Shown: positions 31,892-42,566, counted from the first letter of the stretch. The stretch is DNA of 64,000 nt from an uncultured Chlamydiae bacterium (GCA_963730605.1 CAVSSM010000002.1:288001-352000), one strand, 5' to 3'. Translations and numbers: made by a program. Notes: a model not told the origin generated them from the letters alone.

Positions 31892-32563
31892 TTAGACTTT
31901 CAATCGTAAGGATCCAATTCTTTCATCGGAGTCAACGATGTTTAATTTTTCATTTTGCAAAAACGAGCGTAAATCTTTATAAAAGTCTGGGGGCAGTGAA
32001 ACATGATTCAGATCCAATGGTCCTAAATTACATTCATAGTAATGTCCCCCAGAAGACATAGACCCACTGTGCCAAGCCCCTTCATCTACCACCAGTACCT
32101 CCGATCCTTCAGACTTGGAGTTCCATGGAAAAAGGGCGCCGAACCAACCCCGTTCAGGATCCGCCCCGTTTGAGAACTGTTTTTGAGTCTTAGCGTAGCG
32201 TTGAAAAAGGGTAACGACACCACTTCCCATTTCTTTACCCGGAGGCTCATTAGTGCACGAGTATTTCAAGGTAATATGAGGACGGTTCGCCCTCGCGATC
32301 CCCCACATAGCAGACTTAGACAGGTGGTTTAGTTCAATTCTATCAATATAGCCAGTTCCACCTTCGAAGGCATCGTCCCATGGAAGGTAATTATCGCAAC
32401 GGATCCCTTGTGTTTCTTTGAAAACCTCGAAAACTTTGAAAACCGTGGATTCGGGATCCACAGCCGATAGCAGCTCCCACAACTGATCGGTGGGGCATGT
32501 GACAACTGTCCTCTCTATTGGATTAACACCACTTGGCGCTAAATTTGCGTTGATTTGAGACAT
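31892..32563 (-). CDS. Hypothetical protein with GGTGYIDRI...RP...TLFQRY motifs
   Basis: 223-aa ORF with an AGAAAGG RBS; lies between the two mfd-tail copies. Confidence 0.7.
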   Translation of the reverse strand: MSQINANLAPSGVNPIERTVVTCPTDQLWELLSAVDPESTVFKVFEVFKETQGIRCDNYLPWDDAFEGGTGYIDRIELNHLSKSAMWGIARANRPHITLKYSCTNEPPGKEMGSGVVTLFQRYAKTQKQFSNGADPERGWFGALFPWNSKSEGSEVLVVDEGAWHSGSMSSGGHYYECNLGPLDLNHVSLPPDFYKDLRSFLQNEKLNIVDSDERIGSLRLKV

Positions 32564-32647
32564 CGGCCTTTCTCCCTAAAATTGCGTGAGCAGTTTACAC
32601 CGAAATCAAAAAGCAACCAACAAAAAAACGTTCGGCTGGCTTAAGGT

Positions 32648-32695
32648 GAAGAGTTGAAGAAGAACTCGTTTGCGAAAATGAAGTGAAATAAGAGC
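32648..32695 (+). repeat. Orphan diverged copy of the mfd 3' end
   Basis: GTT TGC GAA AAT GAA GTG AAA TAA GAGC versus mfd GTA TGC GAA AAC GAG GTG AAG TGA GAGC (mfd copy spans 31770..31818). Confidence 0.8.
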
Positions 32696-32899
32696 GGGTA
32701 GCGATTCAAGAAGAGGCGGAATCCCACCCCTGCTCTTTACTTCTTTTTATTTTTAGCAGCTCTATTACCTTTTCGGATTGCTTCTTGTTCTTCAGTCGAA
32801 GAGGCAATTTTTCCGTAGTTCGCCCAATAGAATTGGATGTTGATCAGTGCAGAATCATCGCCCGCCTTGGCTTTCTCTGCAACGGCAGTCCAATGGCTA

Positions 32900-35150
32900 T
32901 TCAAAATGGATTCTTGTTCTTCATCGGAAACGATAATGGTCCATTGGCTCCACCTGGAGGTATCCATAGATTTCTTATCCCTCCAATTATTTTGAAGAGT
33001 CGTCAGGGCAGTTGTATCGCCTTGTACAGCCTTCTGCTTAATTTCTTTAAATTTAGGAAGGGCTGCACAATTATACGAATCTATGAGGGAGGCTTTATCT
33101 GCGTCTGAGATAGAGACGGTTTTAGCATCCCAAATGTCTTGAAGTTTTTCGATCGCGTCCCGATTTCCTTTTTTTCCAGCCTGTACCGTGTAATATTTAT
33201 ACAAAATGGATTCTTGTTCTTCATCGGAAACGATAATGGTCCATTGGCTCCACCTGGAGGTATACATAGATTTCTTATCCCTCCAATTATTTTGAAGAGT
33301 CGTCAGGGCAGTTGTATCGCCTTGTACAGCCTTCTGCTTAATTTCTTTAAATTTAGGAAGGGCTGCACAATTATACGAATCTATGAGGGAGGCTTTATCT
33401 GCGTCTGAGATAGAGACGGTTTTATACCGCTCGTGATTCAAAATTTTGATGCGTGAAAATTTCCCTTGACTGCACAATGGCTGCGTGAATTTTTTAACCG
33501 ACTCAGAACGACAGGAACTCAAACTCCGGCACCGGGGGGACCGCGATGGGCGGGTGCGTGATCGAATAAAGGCTGTTCTCCTCTATGATGAGGGGTGGGC
33601 TCCCAAAGACATTGCCAGGGTTCTGTTGATTTCTGACGAAGCAGTTCGTCACCATGTTGACGCATACAAAACGTCGAAAAAATTGCGCCCCGAAAGCGGC
33701 GGCTCCGAGGAGAAACTATCCCAAACGCAGTCCGAGCAACTTGAGGCTCATCTTCAAGAACACACGTACCTTTACGTCAAGGATATCGTCGCATATGTAG
33801 AAGTGACTTTCGGTATTGTCTATACCGTCCACGGATTGAGGGATTGGCTGCGAAGACACGGATTTTCCTACAAAAAACCCGCCGTTGTACCCGGGAAAGC
33901 CAACAAAGAGCAGCAACAAAAGTGGCTCGCCGGATACGAGAAACTCAAGGCAGAACTCCTCGAGGATGAGACTATCTGCTTTATTGACGGCGTTCATCCA
34001 ACGCACAATGTGCAGCCTGCTTATGGGTGGATCAAAAAAGGCGTGCGTAAAGAGATCCCAGCAAACACAGGACGTGCCAGGCTCAATCTTTCAGGGAGCA
34101 TCGATGTCATCACCCACAGTGTGGTAATCCAAGAAGACGAGACTTTAAACGCAGAATCGATAATCCGGTTTTTCCAAAAGATCGAAGAATTTTACCCGAG
34201 TAAACGAAAGATCCATGTATTTTGCGATAATGCACCGTACTATCGGAATAGGGCTGTGAGGCAGTACCTAGAAACGGCAAAAGTTTGTTTGCACTTTTTA
34301 CCGCCCTATAGCCCCAATCTAAACCCGATAGAACGACTGTGGAAATGGATGAAGGAGCGGGTAGTTTACAATACTTATTACGAGTACTTTGAAGACTTTA
34401 GAGGAGCGATTCTTGGTTTTTTCGCTGTATTGGCGACTGTGACCGCGGAGTCAACTTTAGGCCGGGATTTAAGAAGCCGGGTTAGGGATAAATTTAGTCC
34501 CTTTCAGGCACCTGCTGCCAAGTTTTGAATTTCCTTGGGTATAGCATCCCAAATGTCTTGAAGTTTTTCGATCGCGTCCCGATTTCCTTTTTTTCCAGCC
34601 TGTACCGTGTAATATTTATACAAAATGGATTCTTGTTCTTCATCGGAAACGATAATGGTCCATTGGCCCCACCTGGAGGTATACATAGATTTCTTATCCC
34701 TCCAATTATTTTGAAGAGTCGTCAGGGCAGTTGTATCGCCTTGTGCGGCCTTCTGCTTGAGTTCGTTAAATCTAGGAAGGGCTGCAGAGTTATACGAGTC
34801 TATGATAAGGGCTTTATCTGCGTCTGAGATAGAGACGGTTTTAGCATCCCAAATGGATTGAAGTTTTTCGATCGCGTCCCGATTTCCTTTTCCAGCCTTT
34901 ACCTTGTAAAATTTATACAATAGGGAGTGCTGTTCTTCTGCGGAAAGAAGAATGGTCCACTCATCGGAACCTAAATAGGTGTCTGGATCTTTCCATTTCT
35001 CTTTAAGAGTTGTCAGAGCCCCCTCATCGTCGCTTTCCGCTTTCTGCTTGAGTTCTTTATAATTCGGAAGGACGGCAGAATTATAAGAATCTCGGATGGA
35101 GGTTTGATCTTCTGGTGAGACAGAAACGGCTTTCTGCACCCAACAGTCTT
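32900..35150 (-). repeat. Coding tandem repeat with a 300-bp (100-aa) period, about 3.5 copies, split by IS630
   Basis: Lines at 33001/33301 and 33061/33361 are identical. The unit TVSISDADKA...AIEKLQDIWDAK recurs at 34544-34843 and, more diverged, beyond. Confidence 0.92.
33425..34541 (+). mobile_element. IS630-family element, copy 2 (transposase 33485..34528)
   Basis: Same 1117-bp element; TA duplication at 33423-24 and 34542-43. Confidence 0.95.
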
Positions 35151-37053
35151 CAAGTGCTATGATCGCCTCCCGAATTCCTTTTCCAGCCTGTTCCTTCAGT
35201 TCTTGATACTTCCTAGAAAGCGCTGCGTTATATTCGTTTTCGATGGAGGTTTTTTCTTGCTCCGAGCAAGGATATTTCCCAGCCTTCCAATCGTCCCGTA
35301 CGCTCCTCATTGCGCTCCAATCTCCTTCCTCTCGAGCCTCCTTTTTCCAACTTTCGTGAGCTTTGGCACGATCGAAAGCACGTTGAATCGAGTCTTTTTC
35401 TTTTTCTGAAGATTCAATGGTCCCATCCTTCCATTTCTCTTCAAGCAAATCCTTGGCCTTATCATCCCCGCCTGAGGCTTTTTGCACGAGCTCATTAAAA
35501 TCGAGTCCAAGCAATTTCTGAACGCTGGCTGAGTTATAAGCTTTTCTGACAGATGCTTGGTCTTCATTTGAGATTGAAATGCAGGGGGCCTCCCTAGTCA
35601 TCCCTCCCATGTTTTTGCAAAACCACCAAATGCGTTTAAGAGAATCTAGAGCGGTCGTTTCTCCATTCATGGTTTTTTGCTTCAGATCTGCATAAAGGTT
35701 AGCGAATGCTTTATCAGATTTATCTAGGATGTCGGCTTGTTCCTGCTCAGAAGGAATTGGAGTGATGTATTTTCGCAACCAAATATCGTCAAGAGCAAGT
35801 CGAGCTTTGAAATCTCCACTAAGGGCCTTTTGTTTGCATTCTTCATAATGGTGCTTGTAATACATCGCTAAGAGCATCATTGGTGCGCCACTCCCAACTC
35901 TGGTCTTGCTCTCATACCAAGCAGAATCTAAAAGAATCATAGCTTCCGAATCGCCCTTTTCGACTTTTTTCTGGAGGGCATTGTAATAAGCATCTCTAAT
36001 GATCCACCGCTGATTGTTGTTCTCTGGATCATTCGACCCATCGTTTTTCCATTTGATTTCAAGCCAATCCTTAGTCTTGGAATCGCCCTTCTTGGTTCTT
36101 TCAATAGCTGCCGACAAAAATGCAGTTCTAATTGGATCTTTCTCTTTGAATAAATCAGAAATTCCTTGCTCATTCCATTTAGATTCAAGGGTGTCCTTGG
36201 CTACCGGATCACCATCTATGGCGCTCTGCTTTAATTCTCTATATTCTGGAATGTGTACAGAGTAATAGGCTTCTCTTATAGCGGCTTGGTTATTTTCTGA
36301 AGCAGTGCCTCGATACCAACAGACCTCAAGAGCATCCATTATTTTTGAATTGCCTCCAGAAGCCAGCCACTTCATATCATCATATTCGTCAGGGAACACC
36401 CAGTTGTAAGCCTTTTCAATGGATGCTTTTTCGTCTGCTGAAGCAGAGACCATATTTTCGTCCCAATTGACTTGAACCATCGCCTTGGCATAGCAATCGC
36501 CTTTCATCGCATCCTGTACCAGTCCCTTGTATTCCGAGAGGATTGAAGACTCTGGCGCTGGCGACGGAGTTGGCACTGGGGCTGGCGATGTTGATGTTGG
36601 TGTAGGTATTGGGGCCGGAGAGTTTGGCGTTGGGGTCGGTGTTGGAATTGGTGTTGGGGTCTGAGCCTTTGGCGTTGGCGTTGGCGTCGGTGTTGGGGTT
36701 GGGGTTGGCGTCTGAGCCTTTGGCGTCGGGGTTGGCGTCGGTGTTGGGGTTGGGGTTGGGGTTGGCGTCGAGCCTTGGCGTCGGGGTTGGAGTTGGTTCA
36801 GGAGACTTGGGCGTTGGTTTTGGCGTCGGACCTGGATTTGGAACTGGAGTCGAAGAAGAGAAAATGGCGGGGCCCGCGAAGTAGATCGCCGCTAACCCAG
36901 CAATCGTAAGGGCTGTGTAGGCAACCGGTTTGACCCAGGTGGGAAGACGTTTCGCTTTGGGAGAAAGAGCATCGACCTTTTCTTGCCGCTGTGCATTGTA
37001 GTTACTTGAACCTAGATTAAAAGGGGTGTTTGTTACAGGCATCGATGTTCTCC

Positions 37054-38961
37054 TTAAATCGTGTTATTATATTTTGCTATTAACTCTTGATATTTTTCAT
37101 TAGCTCTATTGATCGATTTCTCTAGCTTGTTATAGACCTGCTCCACAAAGCAGTCTTTTTCAGTATTTGTAGAATGGTGTGATCCATCACGGAAGTAGCC
37201 GCGCATCTCGATCTCACCTGGTTCAGCCAGAGTGTCTAAAGGATCAAGGGAGCCATCCGCCCACTTTTCAAAAAGGGTCGTTTTAGCCGCTTCATCCCCC
37301 TTCAACGCTTTCTCTTGTATTTCAAAATAATTTGGATCGCGGGCTACGTTATAAGCCATTTTGAGAGCGTTTTGCTCGGCTTGATAAAACGAAGGCTCGA
37401 GTTGGCGCGAAATCGAAATGGAGGAACATAAGTTACCGTCCCAACATAGATTCTGACACGCCCACCATATACGTTTAATTGCATCTAAAGCGTTTGAATC
37501 TCCTAGGATCACTTTTTGTTTGAGATTTTCATATAGTTTTGAGAAAGCTGTTTCAAAAGCGGTTCTAATCGAGGTTTGTTCTTCTTTTGGAGTTGCTTTT
37601 CTCCCATCGCCTCGCCAATACGAGTGAATCCCAATCATCGCCAGCAAATCGCCGTCATTCATGGCTAACTTCTTACTTTCTTCGAGATCGAACTTGTAGT
37701 AGCCAGCTAATAGTTGGTCTGCAGTACTCAGATAGTAATCAGTCTTCCCCTCAAACCATCCGGAGACTAGGATATTCTTCGCTTCCTCATCTCCTTGCTC
37801 CATCTTCCATGCCATCTCTTTATAATATTCTTCAGTCCGTACCGGTTTAGGCGTTGGCTTCGGTGTCGGGGTTGCTTTAGGTGTTAGGGTTGGTTGAGGC
37901 GCTGGCGTTAGGGTCGGAGTAGGAGTTGGTGTTGGTGTTGGTGCTGGAGACTTTGGCGTTGGCGTCGGAGTAGGTGTTGGTGCTGGAGACTTTGGCGTTG
38001 GGGTTGGTGTAGGAGTTGGGGTTGGTGCTGGAGACTTTGGTGTTGGTGTCGGTGTTGGCGATGGTTTGGTTGCTTGATTGGCTGTCCCGGTCGGTTGAGA
38101 GGTTGCAGAGCCGCTTGCCTGACTGCCAGTTGCGCTGGATTGAGAAGTGCTGGTCTGGCTTTGCTTTTCTGGCTCTGCCTGCATCTGCTTATTGATTTCT
38201 TCGATAGTCGGCTGGAGACATTCTGTCAGATTTTGATATATCTCTCTAGTGGTGGGAGAAAATAAGCTCATTCCTTCTTCTGAAAATGGGGAGTGTGAGT
38301 AGGGGATTCCTACTGGGAAGTAGCCGTTTCCTACTGGGTCTGGGTCATTAGCGTATTGTTTGATGTGAATGACCGTACCAACCCAGCTCCAGCCAACAAT
38401 CCTTTTTTCTTTGAGCAGTTTGTCCACTGCAGAATATATCAATATTTGGGTGTCAGCCTCGTTTAAGGTGATAGGGGCGTTCCTTATTGTGAAGAAGCCT
38501 TTATAGCTAAAAGCGACTTCATTTAAATATTTCCCTTTGAGTAAGAACTCTGCCATAGACTCTACGGCTTCGTCAGACGTGATTTCGGCAAAGGGCTGGG
38601 TGGTTGCAGGCGTCGGGGTAGGAGTTGGTGTTGGCGTCGGGGTAGGGGTCTCTGGGCTGCCGTTTCCCCCCGTTTCTTGATTGCCTGTCCCTGGAGGTGT
38701 CCCCGGTGGCGAGCCTGGAGGCCCACCTGGCGTCCGACCTGGGTTTGGAACTGGATTCGGAGAAGAGGAAATGGCTGAGCCTACGAAGTAGATTGCCGCT
38801 AATGCAGCAACCGTTAGGGCGGCATAGGCAGCCGGTTTGACCCACGTCGGAAGAGGTTTTGATTTTGCTTTGGGAGAAAGAGCGTCGACTTTTTTTCCCT
38901 GATTTACATTGTAGTTACTTGATGCTAAATTAACAGGGATATTTGTTATAGGCTTAGTCAT
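37054..38961 (-). CDS. N-anchored Pro/Thr-stalk helical-repeat protein (paralogue of the downstream gene)
   Basis: Highly similar N-terminus ([22 protein letters not shown]), a TM segment, (PT)n tracts, and K..A..GD..A...L...W repeats. Start MTKPITN at 38961. Confidence 0.8.
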   Translation of the reverse strand: MTKPITNIPVNLASSNYNVNQGKKVDALSPKAKSKPLPTWVKPAAYAALTVAALAAIYFVGSAISSSPNPVPNPGRTPGGPPGSPPGTPPGTGNQETGGNGSPETPTPTPTPTPTPTPATTQPFAEITSDEAVESMAEFLLKGKYLNEVAFSYKGFFTIRNAPITLNEADTQILIYSAVDKLLKEKRIVGWSWVGTVIHIKQYANDPDPVGNGYFPVGIPYSHSPFSEEGMSLFSPTTREIYQNLTECLQPTIEEINKQMQAEPEKQSQTSTSQSSATGSQASGSATSQPTGTANQATKPSPTPTPTPKSPAPTPTPTPTPTPKSPAPTPTPTPTPKSPAPTPTPTPTPTLTPAPQPTLTPKATPTPKPTPKPVRTEEYYKEMAWKMEQGDEEAKNILVSGWFEGKTDYYLSTADQLLAGYYKFDLEESKKLAMNDGDLLAMIGIHSYWRGDGRKATPKEEQTSIRTAFETAFSKLYENLKQKVILGDSNALDAIKRIWWACQNLCWDGNLCSSISISRQLEPSFYQAEQNALKMAYNVARDPNYFEIQEKALKGDEAAKTTLFEKWADGSLDPLDTLAEPGEIEMRGYFRDGSHHSTNTEKDCFVEQVYNKLEKSINRANEKYQELIAKYNNTI

Positions 38962-39063
38962 CGGATTTCCCCTTAAATTCTGCAAGTATTTTATCTCAAA
39001 GACTTAAAAAAGTCAATAATAAACACCGCCCACTAAGGACGCCCTTAACATAAAATTTTTAGT

Positions 39064-39170
39064 TTACGGCTGGTTGGGGAAGGCGGGGGGGTGGGCTCGA
39101 TATTGCGGTGATAAGCCCCTTTGCTGTGGCGGGCCTGCATATCGTCCTTCAGGATTTTGATCCCCTTTTC
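39064..39170 (-). repeat. Orphan diverged copy of the amn 3' end
   Basis: Encodes EKGIKILK-DDMQARHSKGAYHRNIEP..AFPNQP* versus amn EKGIKILKVARDMQAHHVKGAYHRNIEPPAPAFPSQP* (40127..40240). Confidence 0.92.
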
Positions 39171-39621
39171 AAAGGTCGGTCGGGTACTTTTTGCAGTACT
39201 TCTTCACGTATTGAACGCTTTCAAGAATAATTGGCGTCCATTCCATGACTTGTTCGTAAATTTTGCCCAGTTTCGTTGGAAGATATTCGTGAGCGATTTC
39301 GTTTCGTAGATCGCGAATCTCCACAAAAATCTTGGCCGATGAGACGAGTCCTTTTTTTTCAGCGCGGTTAATCCGGTCTCGCACCGTGCCGGGAAGATCG
39401 AGATCAAATGTTTCAATGAGGCGAAAGATTTTCTGAATCAAGACATCGCTTAAGCGGGCAAAGCGGCTTGTCAAACCTTCAAAGTGATCCAATTCTTCTA
39501 GGGTATATTTTTCTTTGCTCCCAATTTTTTGACAGAGTTGATAGGAACGGGCCAATGTTTTTGCCGCTTCATCCAAAAGCGCTAGTTCTTTTTTTAAGAG
39601 ATCGCGTTCAGTCTGTTTCAT
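39169..39621 (-). CDS. HEPN-domain protein (toxin partner of MNT)
   Basis: RNEIAHEY fits the RxxxxH RNase motif; downstream of an MNT gene. Confidence 0.85.
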   Translation of the reverse strand: MKQTERDLLKKELALLDEAAKTLARSYQLCQKIGSKEKYTLEELDHFEGLTSRFARLSDVLIQKIFRLIETFDLDLPGTVRDRINRAEKKGLVSSAKIFVEIRDLRNEIAHEYLPTKLGKIYEQVMEWTPIILESVQYVKKYCKKYPTDL

Positions 39622-39794
39622 GAGCATATCCCACTATTAGGGTTTTAAATGTTTTTAGAGATTTTTGAGCAGATTTTGAACGCCCGCAAGGGTTTCTACT
39701 TTGAGGCCAGTGTGAAAACACACAGCCGAAAAGAGGCGTTCGAAATATGCCAAAAAGATCAAAAACAGGAAAATTCGAATAGTGGGATAGGCTC
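39622..39794. mobile_element. MITE (173 bp) with IS5-type ends
   Basis: 17-bp TIR gagc(a/c)tatcccactatt, AT target duplication, internal fold-back. The terminal GAGCCTATCCC equals the ends of the IS5 at 57239..58153. Confidence 0.85.
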
Positions 39795-40074
39795 ATAATG
39801 GAATGCCCTTCACTAAAGCGATTTTTACAAATGGATCCATATCGTTTTTGGCGATTACGAGATCGATTTTTTGCTCCTCAATTTTTTCAAAAAGCGCCGT
39901 TCTGATCGAGCGGGCATCTTCCTGAACCAGCCGCTTGGATAGGATGAGGAGGTCAATATCCCCTCCTTTCGCATCGTCATTAATCCGAGAGCCAAAAAGA
40001 TAAATCTTGGCATCTGGATCGCGAGCCAAAATAACCGATTTAATGATATGAACTTCTTCTGAAGTGAGCCGCAT
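39793..40074 (-). CDS. Minimal nucleotidyltransferase (MNT) antitoxin
   Basis: IYLFGSR....GGDIDLLI...KIDLVI, the GSx10DxD motif. Confidence 0.9.
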   Translation of the reverse strand: MRLTSEEVHIIKSVILARDPDAKIYLFGSRINDDAKGGDIDLLILSKRLVQEDARSIRTALFEKIEEQKIDLVIAKNDMDPFVKIALVKGIPL

Positions 40075-40126
40075 CCATCGTACATTCTAAGACCACACCG
40101 CGATTCTTAGCAATCGCAGATCGGGC

Positions 40127-40954
40127 TTATGGCTGGCTGGGGAAGGCGGGGGCGGGGGGCTCGATATTGCGGTGATAGGCCCCTTTGACGTGGTGGGCCT
40201 GCATATCGCGGGCGACCTTCAGGATTTTGATCCCCTTCTCGATATGGTCGGACATGTAGTTGTCATAAACGAACTGGGAGCTTTGCTTTGTCTTCAAACC
40301 CCCATTGGCCAAGGGAAGATCGGAGACGAGAAGGAGCGCCCCGAGTGTAAATTTTCTTTTATAGCTCGCGGCAAAGAGGGTCGCGCACTCCATTTCGATC
40401 CCTTGCGCTTTGGTGATCTTCAACCGGTTCTTGAACTCTTCGTTGAATTCCCAAAACCTCATGTTGGTCGTGTAGGTGATGCCGACATGATAGACCGACT
40501 TTTCCAGATCCATGACCCGAGTCACGGCCCGCTGCATCAAAAAATTGGCCAAAGCCGGCACCTCGATCGGAAAGTAGAAATCGGAGGTTCCTTCGCCCCG
40601 GATCGCAGCTACGGGAACGAAGTAATCGCCCACTTGATAGCGGCGCCTTAAGCCGCCGCACATCCCTAAAAGAAGGCTTGCCCGGATGGGAAGAAACGAG
40701 CAGACATCGACAACCAGGGCCGCCGCAGGGGAGCCGATCTTGAAATCGAGGATGCTCACCTCGTCTTTCGGGCTATGGGCGACTTTGAACATCGACCCTT
40801 CGCAGATGGGGACGTTCCTCGTCTTGGCGAAGTGCTCCACGTACCGGGGAAAGTTCGTTAAAATCAAATTCGGGAAAAATTGGGCCGCCTCGCAGCCCGA
40901 GTACCGCTCGAGGGTCTGGCGGGCGATCTCCGCCTCTTGGGGATTCGTCTCCAT
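40127..40954 (-). CDS. amn: AMP nucleosidase
   Basis: TLERYSG, LILTNF, IGSPAAAL, LGMCGGL, IRGEGTSD, IEMECATLF, LLLVSDLP. Confidence 0.93.
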   Translation of the reverse strand: METNPQEAEIARQTLERYSGCEAAQFFPNLILTNFPRYVEHFAKTRNVPICEGSMFKVAHSPKDEVSILDFKIGSPAAALVVDVCSFLPIRASLLLGMCGGLRRRYQVGDYFVPVAAIRGEGTSDFYFPIEVPALANFLMQRAVTRVMDLEKSVYHVGITYTTNMRFWEFNEEFKNRLKITKAQGIEMECATLFAASYKRKFTLGALLLVSDLPLANGGLKTKQSSQFVYDNYMSDHIEKGIKILKVARDMQAHHVKGAYHRNIEPPAPAFPSQP

Positions 40955-41001
40955 AGTCCCGATTATAGACGAAGCCCTTTTATTGAGATAGCCGTAGATT
41001 C

Positions 41002-41030
41002 TTGCTTTGAAAGCTCTCGTACCCCATAAT
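41002..41030 (+). promoter_or_regulatory. Candidate sigma70-type promoter for efp-epmA
   Basis: TTGCTT (41002-07), 17-nt spacer, CATAAT (41025-30), then AAGGA RBS and ATG 41054. Confidence 0.45.
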
Positions 41031-41053
41031 GAGATCTTTATTAAAGGATCTCC

Positions 41054-41623
41054 ATGTCAACACTTAGCACCAACGAAATCCGCGTCGGCATGAAAGTCGA
41101 GGTGGATAAGGAACCTTGGCTCATCATTTCCAACGAATTCGTAAAACCCGGCAAAGGCAACGCGTTCAACCGGATCAAAATGAAAAATATGGTCACCGGC
41201 CGCGTCGTCGAACGGACCTATAAGTCGGGCGATAAGCTCGATGTCGCCGACATCGAAGAGGCCCAGATGCGCTTCCTCTACAAAGAAGCCGACGGGGCCG
41301 TTTTCATGGACGACAAGACCTTCGACCAGATCACTATCCCTAATGAAATCATCGGCAATAACGCCCATTGGCTAATGGAAGAATTGATCTACCAGGTCGT
41401 CTTCTACAAGGGCACCGTCATCGAGCTGCTCCCGCCGACCTTCATGGAGATGAAGATCGTCGAAACGTCGCCGGGAGTGCGAGGAGATACCTCTGGCCGG
41501 GTCCTCAAACCCGCAACGACCGAAACGGGCGCCAAGATCCAAGTGCCGATCTTTGTCGAAGAGGGGGAAAAAGTGAAAGTCGACACCCGCACCGGCGAGT
41601 ATGTTTCCAGAGCAAACGATTGA
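41054..41623 (+). CDS. efp: Elongation factor P (canonical PGKG loop)
   Basis: FVKPGKGNAF, PGVRGDT, KPATTETG, VPIFV..GEKVKVDTRTGEYVSR. Confidence 0.97.
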   Translation: MSTLSTNEIRVGMKVEVDKEPWLIISNEFVKPGKGNAFNRIKMKNMVTGRVVERTYKSGDKLDVADIEEAQMRFLYKEADGAVFMDDKTFDQITIPNEIIGNNAHWLMEELIYQVVFYKGTVIELLPPTFMEMKIVETSPGVRGDTSGRVLKPATTETGAKIQVPIFVEEGEKVKVDTRTGEYVSRAND

Positions 41624-41645
41624 GGCCCTAACTCGATATTGTACA

Positions 41646-42566
41646 ATGTCGAGTTTAATCGACCGGGCGCTCATGCTGAAAGCAGCCCGGGCCTTCTTTG
41701 AGGAGCGGGGGGTTCTCGAAGTAGACTGCTGCGCTCTCGGGCCCCGCGCTGCGATCAACTCCAACATCGACGTCATCTCTGCAACCGTATCCGAAACTGA
41801 GACCGGATTTCTTCATACCTCACCCGAGTACGCCATGAAACGGCTCCTTGCCGGCGGATCGGGAGATATTTATTACCTCGGGCATGTCTTTCGAAAAGGG
41901 GATATTGGCCGTCTTCACAACCCTGAATTTGCGATGGCCGAATGGTACCGCCTCGGGATCCCTTTTTCCGAAATGATCGAAGAGACTTGCGATTTTCTCT
42001 CCCTTTTTTTTGGCCCCCTTCCCGTCCGTCACGTCAGCTACCGGGAAGCGTTCGAGCGATATGCCGGCATCGACTATACGGCAGCCCCCCTCTCTCTGAT
42101 AAGAGTTGCGGCCGGCAAAGCGGGCGCCACTGGTTCGGACCATTGGAGCCGGGACGTTTGCCTCCACTTTCTCCTTACGCACGCGATCGAGCCTCACCTA
42201 GGACTTGGAGAGCTGACCGTTTTCACCGACTATCCTCCCCATGAGGCGGCGCTTGCCCAAGTTGTCGTAAAAAAGGGGGAAAAAGTCGCAGAGCGGTTCG
42301 AGATCTACCATGAAAGCGTGGAGCTGGCCAACGGCTACCATGAACTTGCCGACTCTTCTGAGCTCAGGCGCCGCTTCGAAGAAGAAAACGGGATCCGCAG
42401 ATCGCAAAACAAGGAGACCTATCTTCTCGACGAGCCGTTCCTCAAAGCGATGGGCAGGGGATTTCCCGAGTGCTGCGGCGTCTCGGTCGGATTCGACCGG
42501 ACCCTCATGCTTCGCCGCAAGGCAAAATCGCTCTCCGATGTGCTCCCCTTTGCTTGGAGGCAATAA
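41646..42566 (+). CDS. epmA: EF-P lysine aminoacylase (EpmA/GenX)
   Basis: LHTSPEYAMKRLLA, FRKGD.GRLHNPEF, AERFEIY...ELANGYHEL, GFDR; adjacent to efp. Confidence 0.95.
   Translation: MSSLIDRALMLKAARAFFEERGVLEVDCCALGPRAAINSNIDVISATVSETETGFLHTSPEYAMKRLLAGGSGDIYYLGHVFRKGDIGRLHNPEFAMAEWYRLGIPFSEMIEETCDFLSLFFGPLPVRHVSYREAFERYAGIDYTAAPLSLIRVAAGKAGATGSDHWSRDVCLHFLLTHAIEPHLGLGELTVFTDYPPHEAALAQVVVKKGEKVAERFEIYHESVELANGYHELADSSELRRRFEEENGIRRSQNKETYLLDEPFLKAMGRGFPECCGVSVGFDRTLMLRRKAKSLSDVLPFAWRQ

Larger units (their letters stand above)
32737..37042 (-). pseudogene. Large N-anchored Pro/Thr-stalk helical-repeat protein (about 1060 aa reconstructed), interrupted by IS630
   Basis: ORFs 36416..37042, 34504..36576 and 32737..33522 join into one frame after removing the IS and restoring two missing bases near 36770 (ccaaggctcgacg versus the repeat unit ccaaaggctcagacg). 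Confidence 0.85.
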
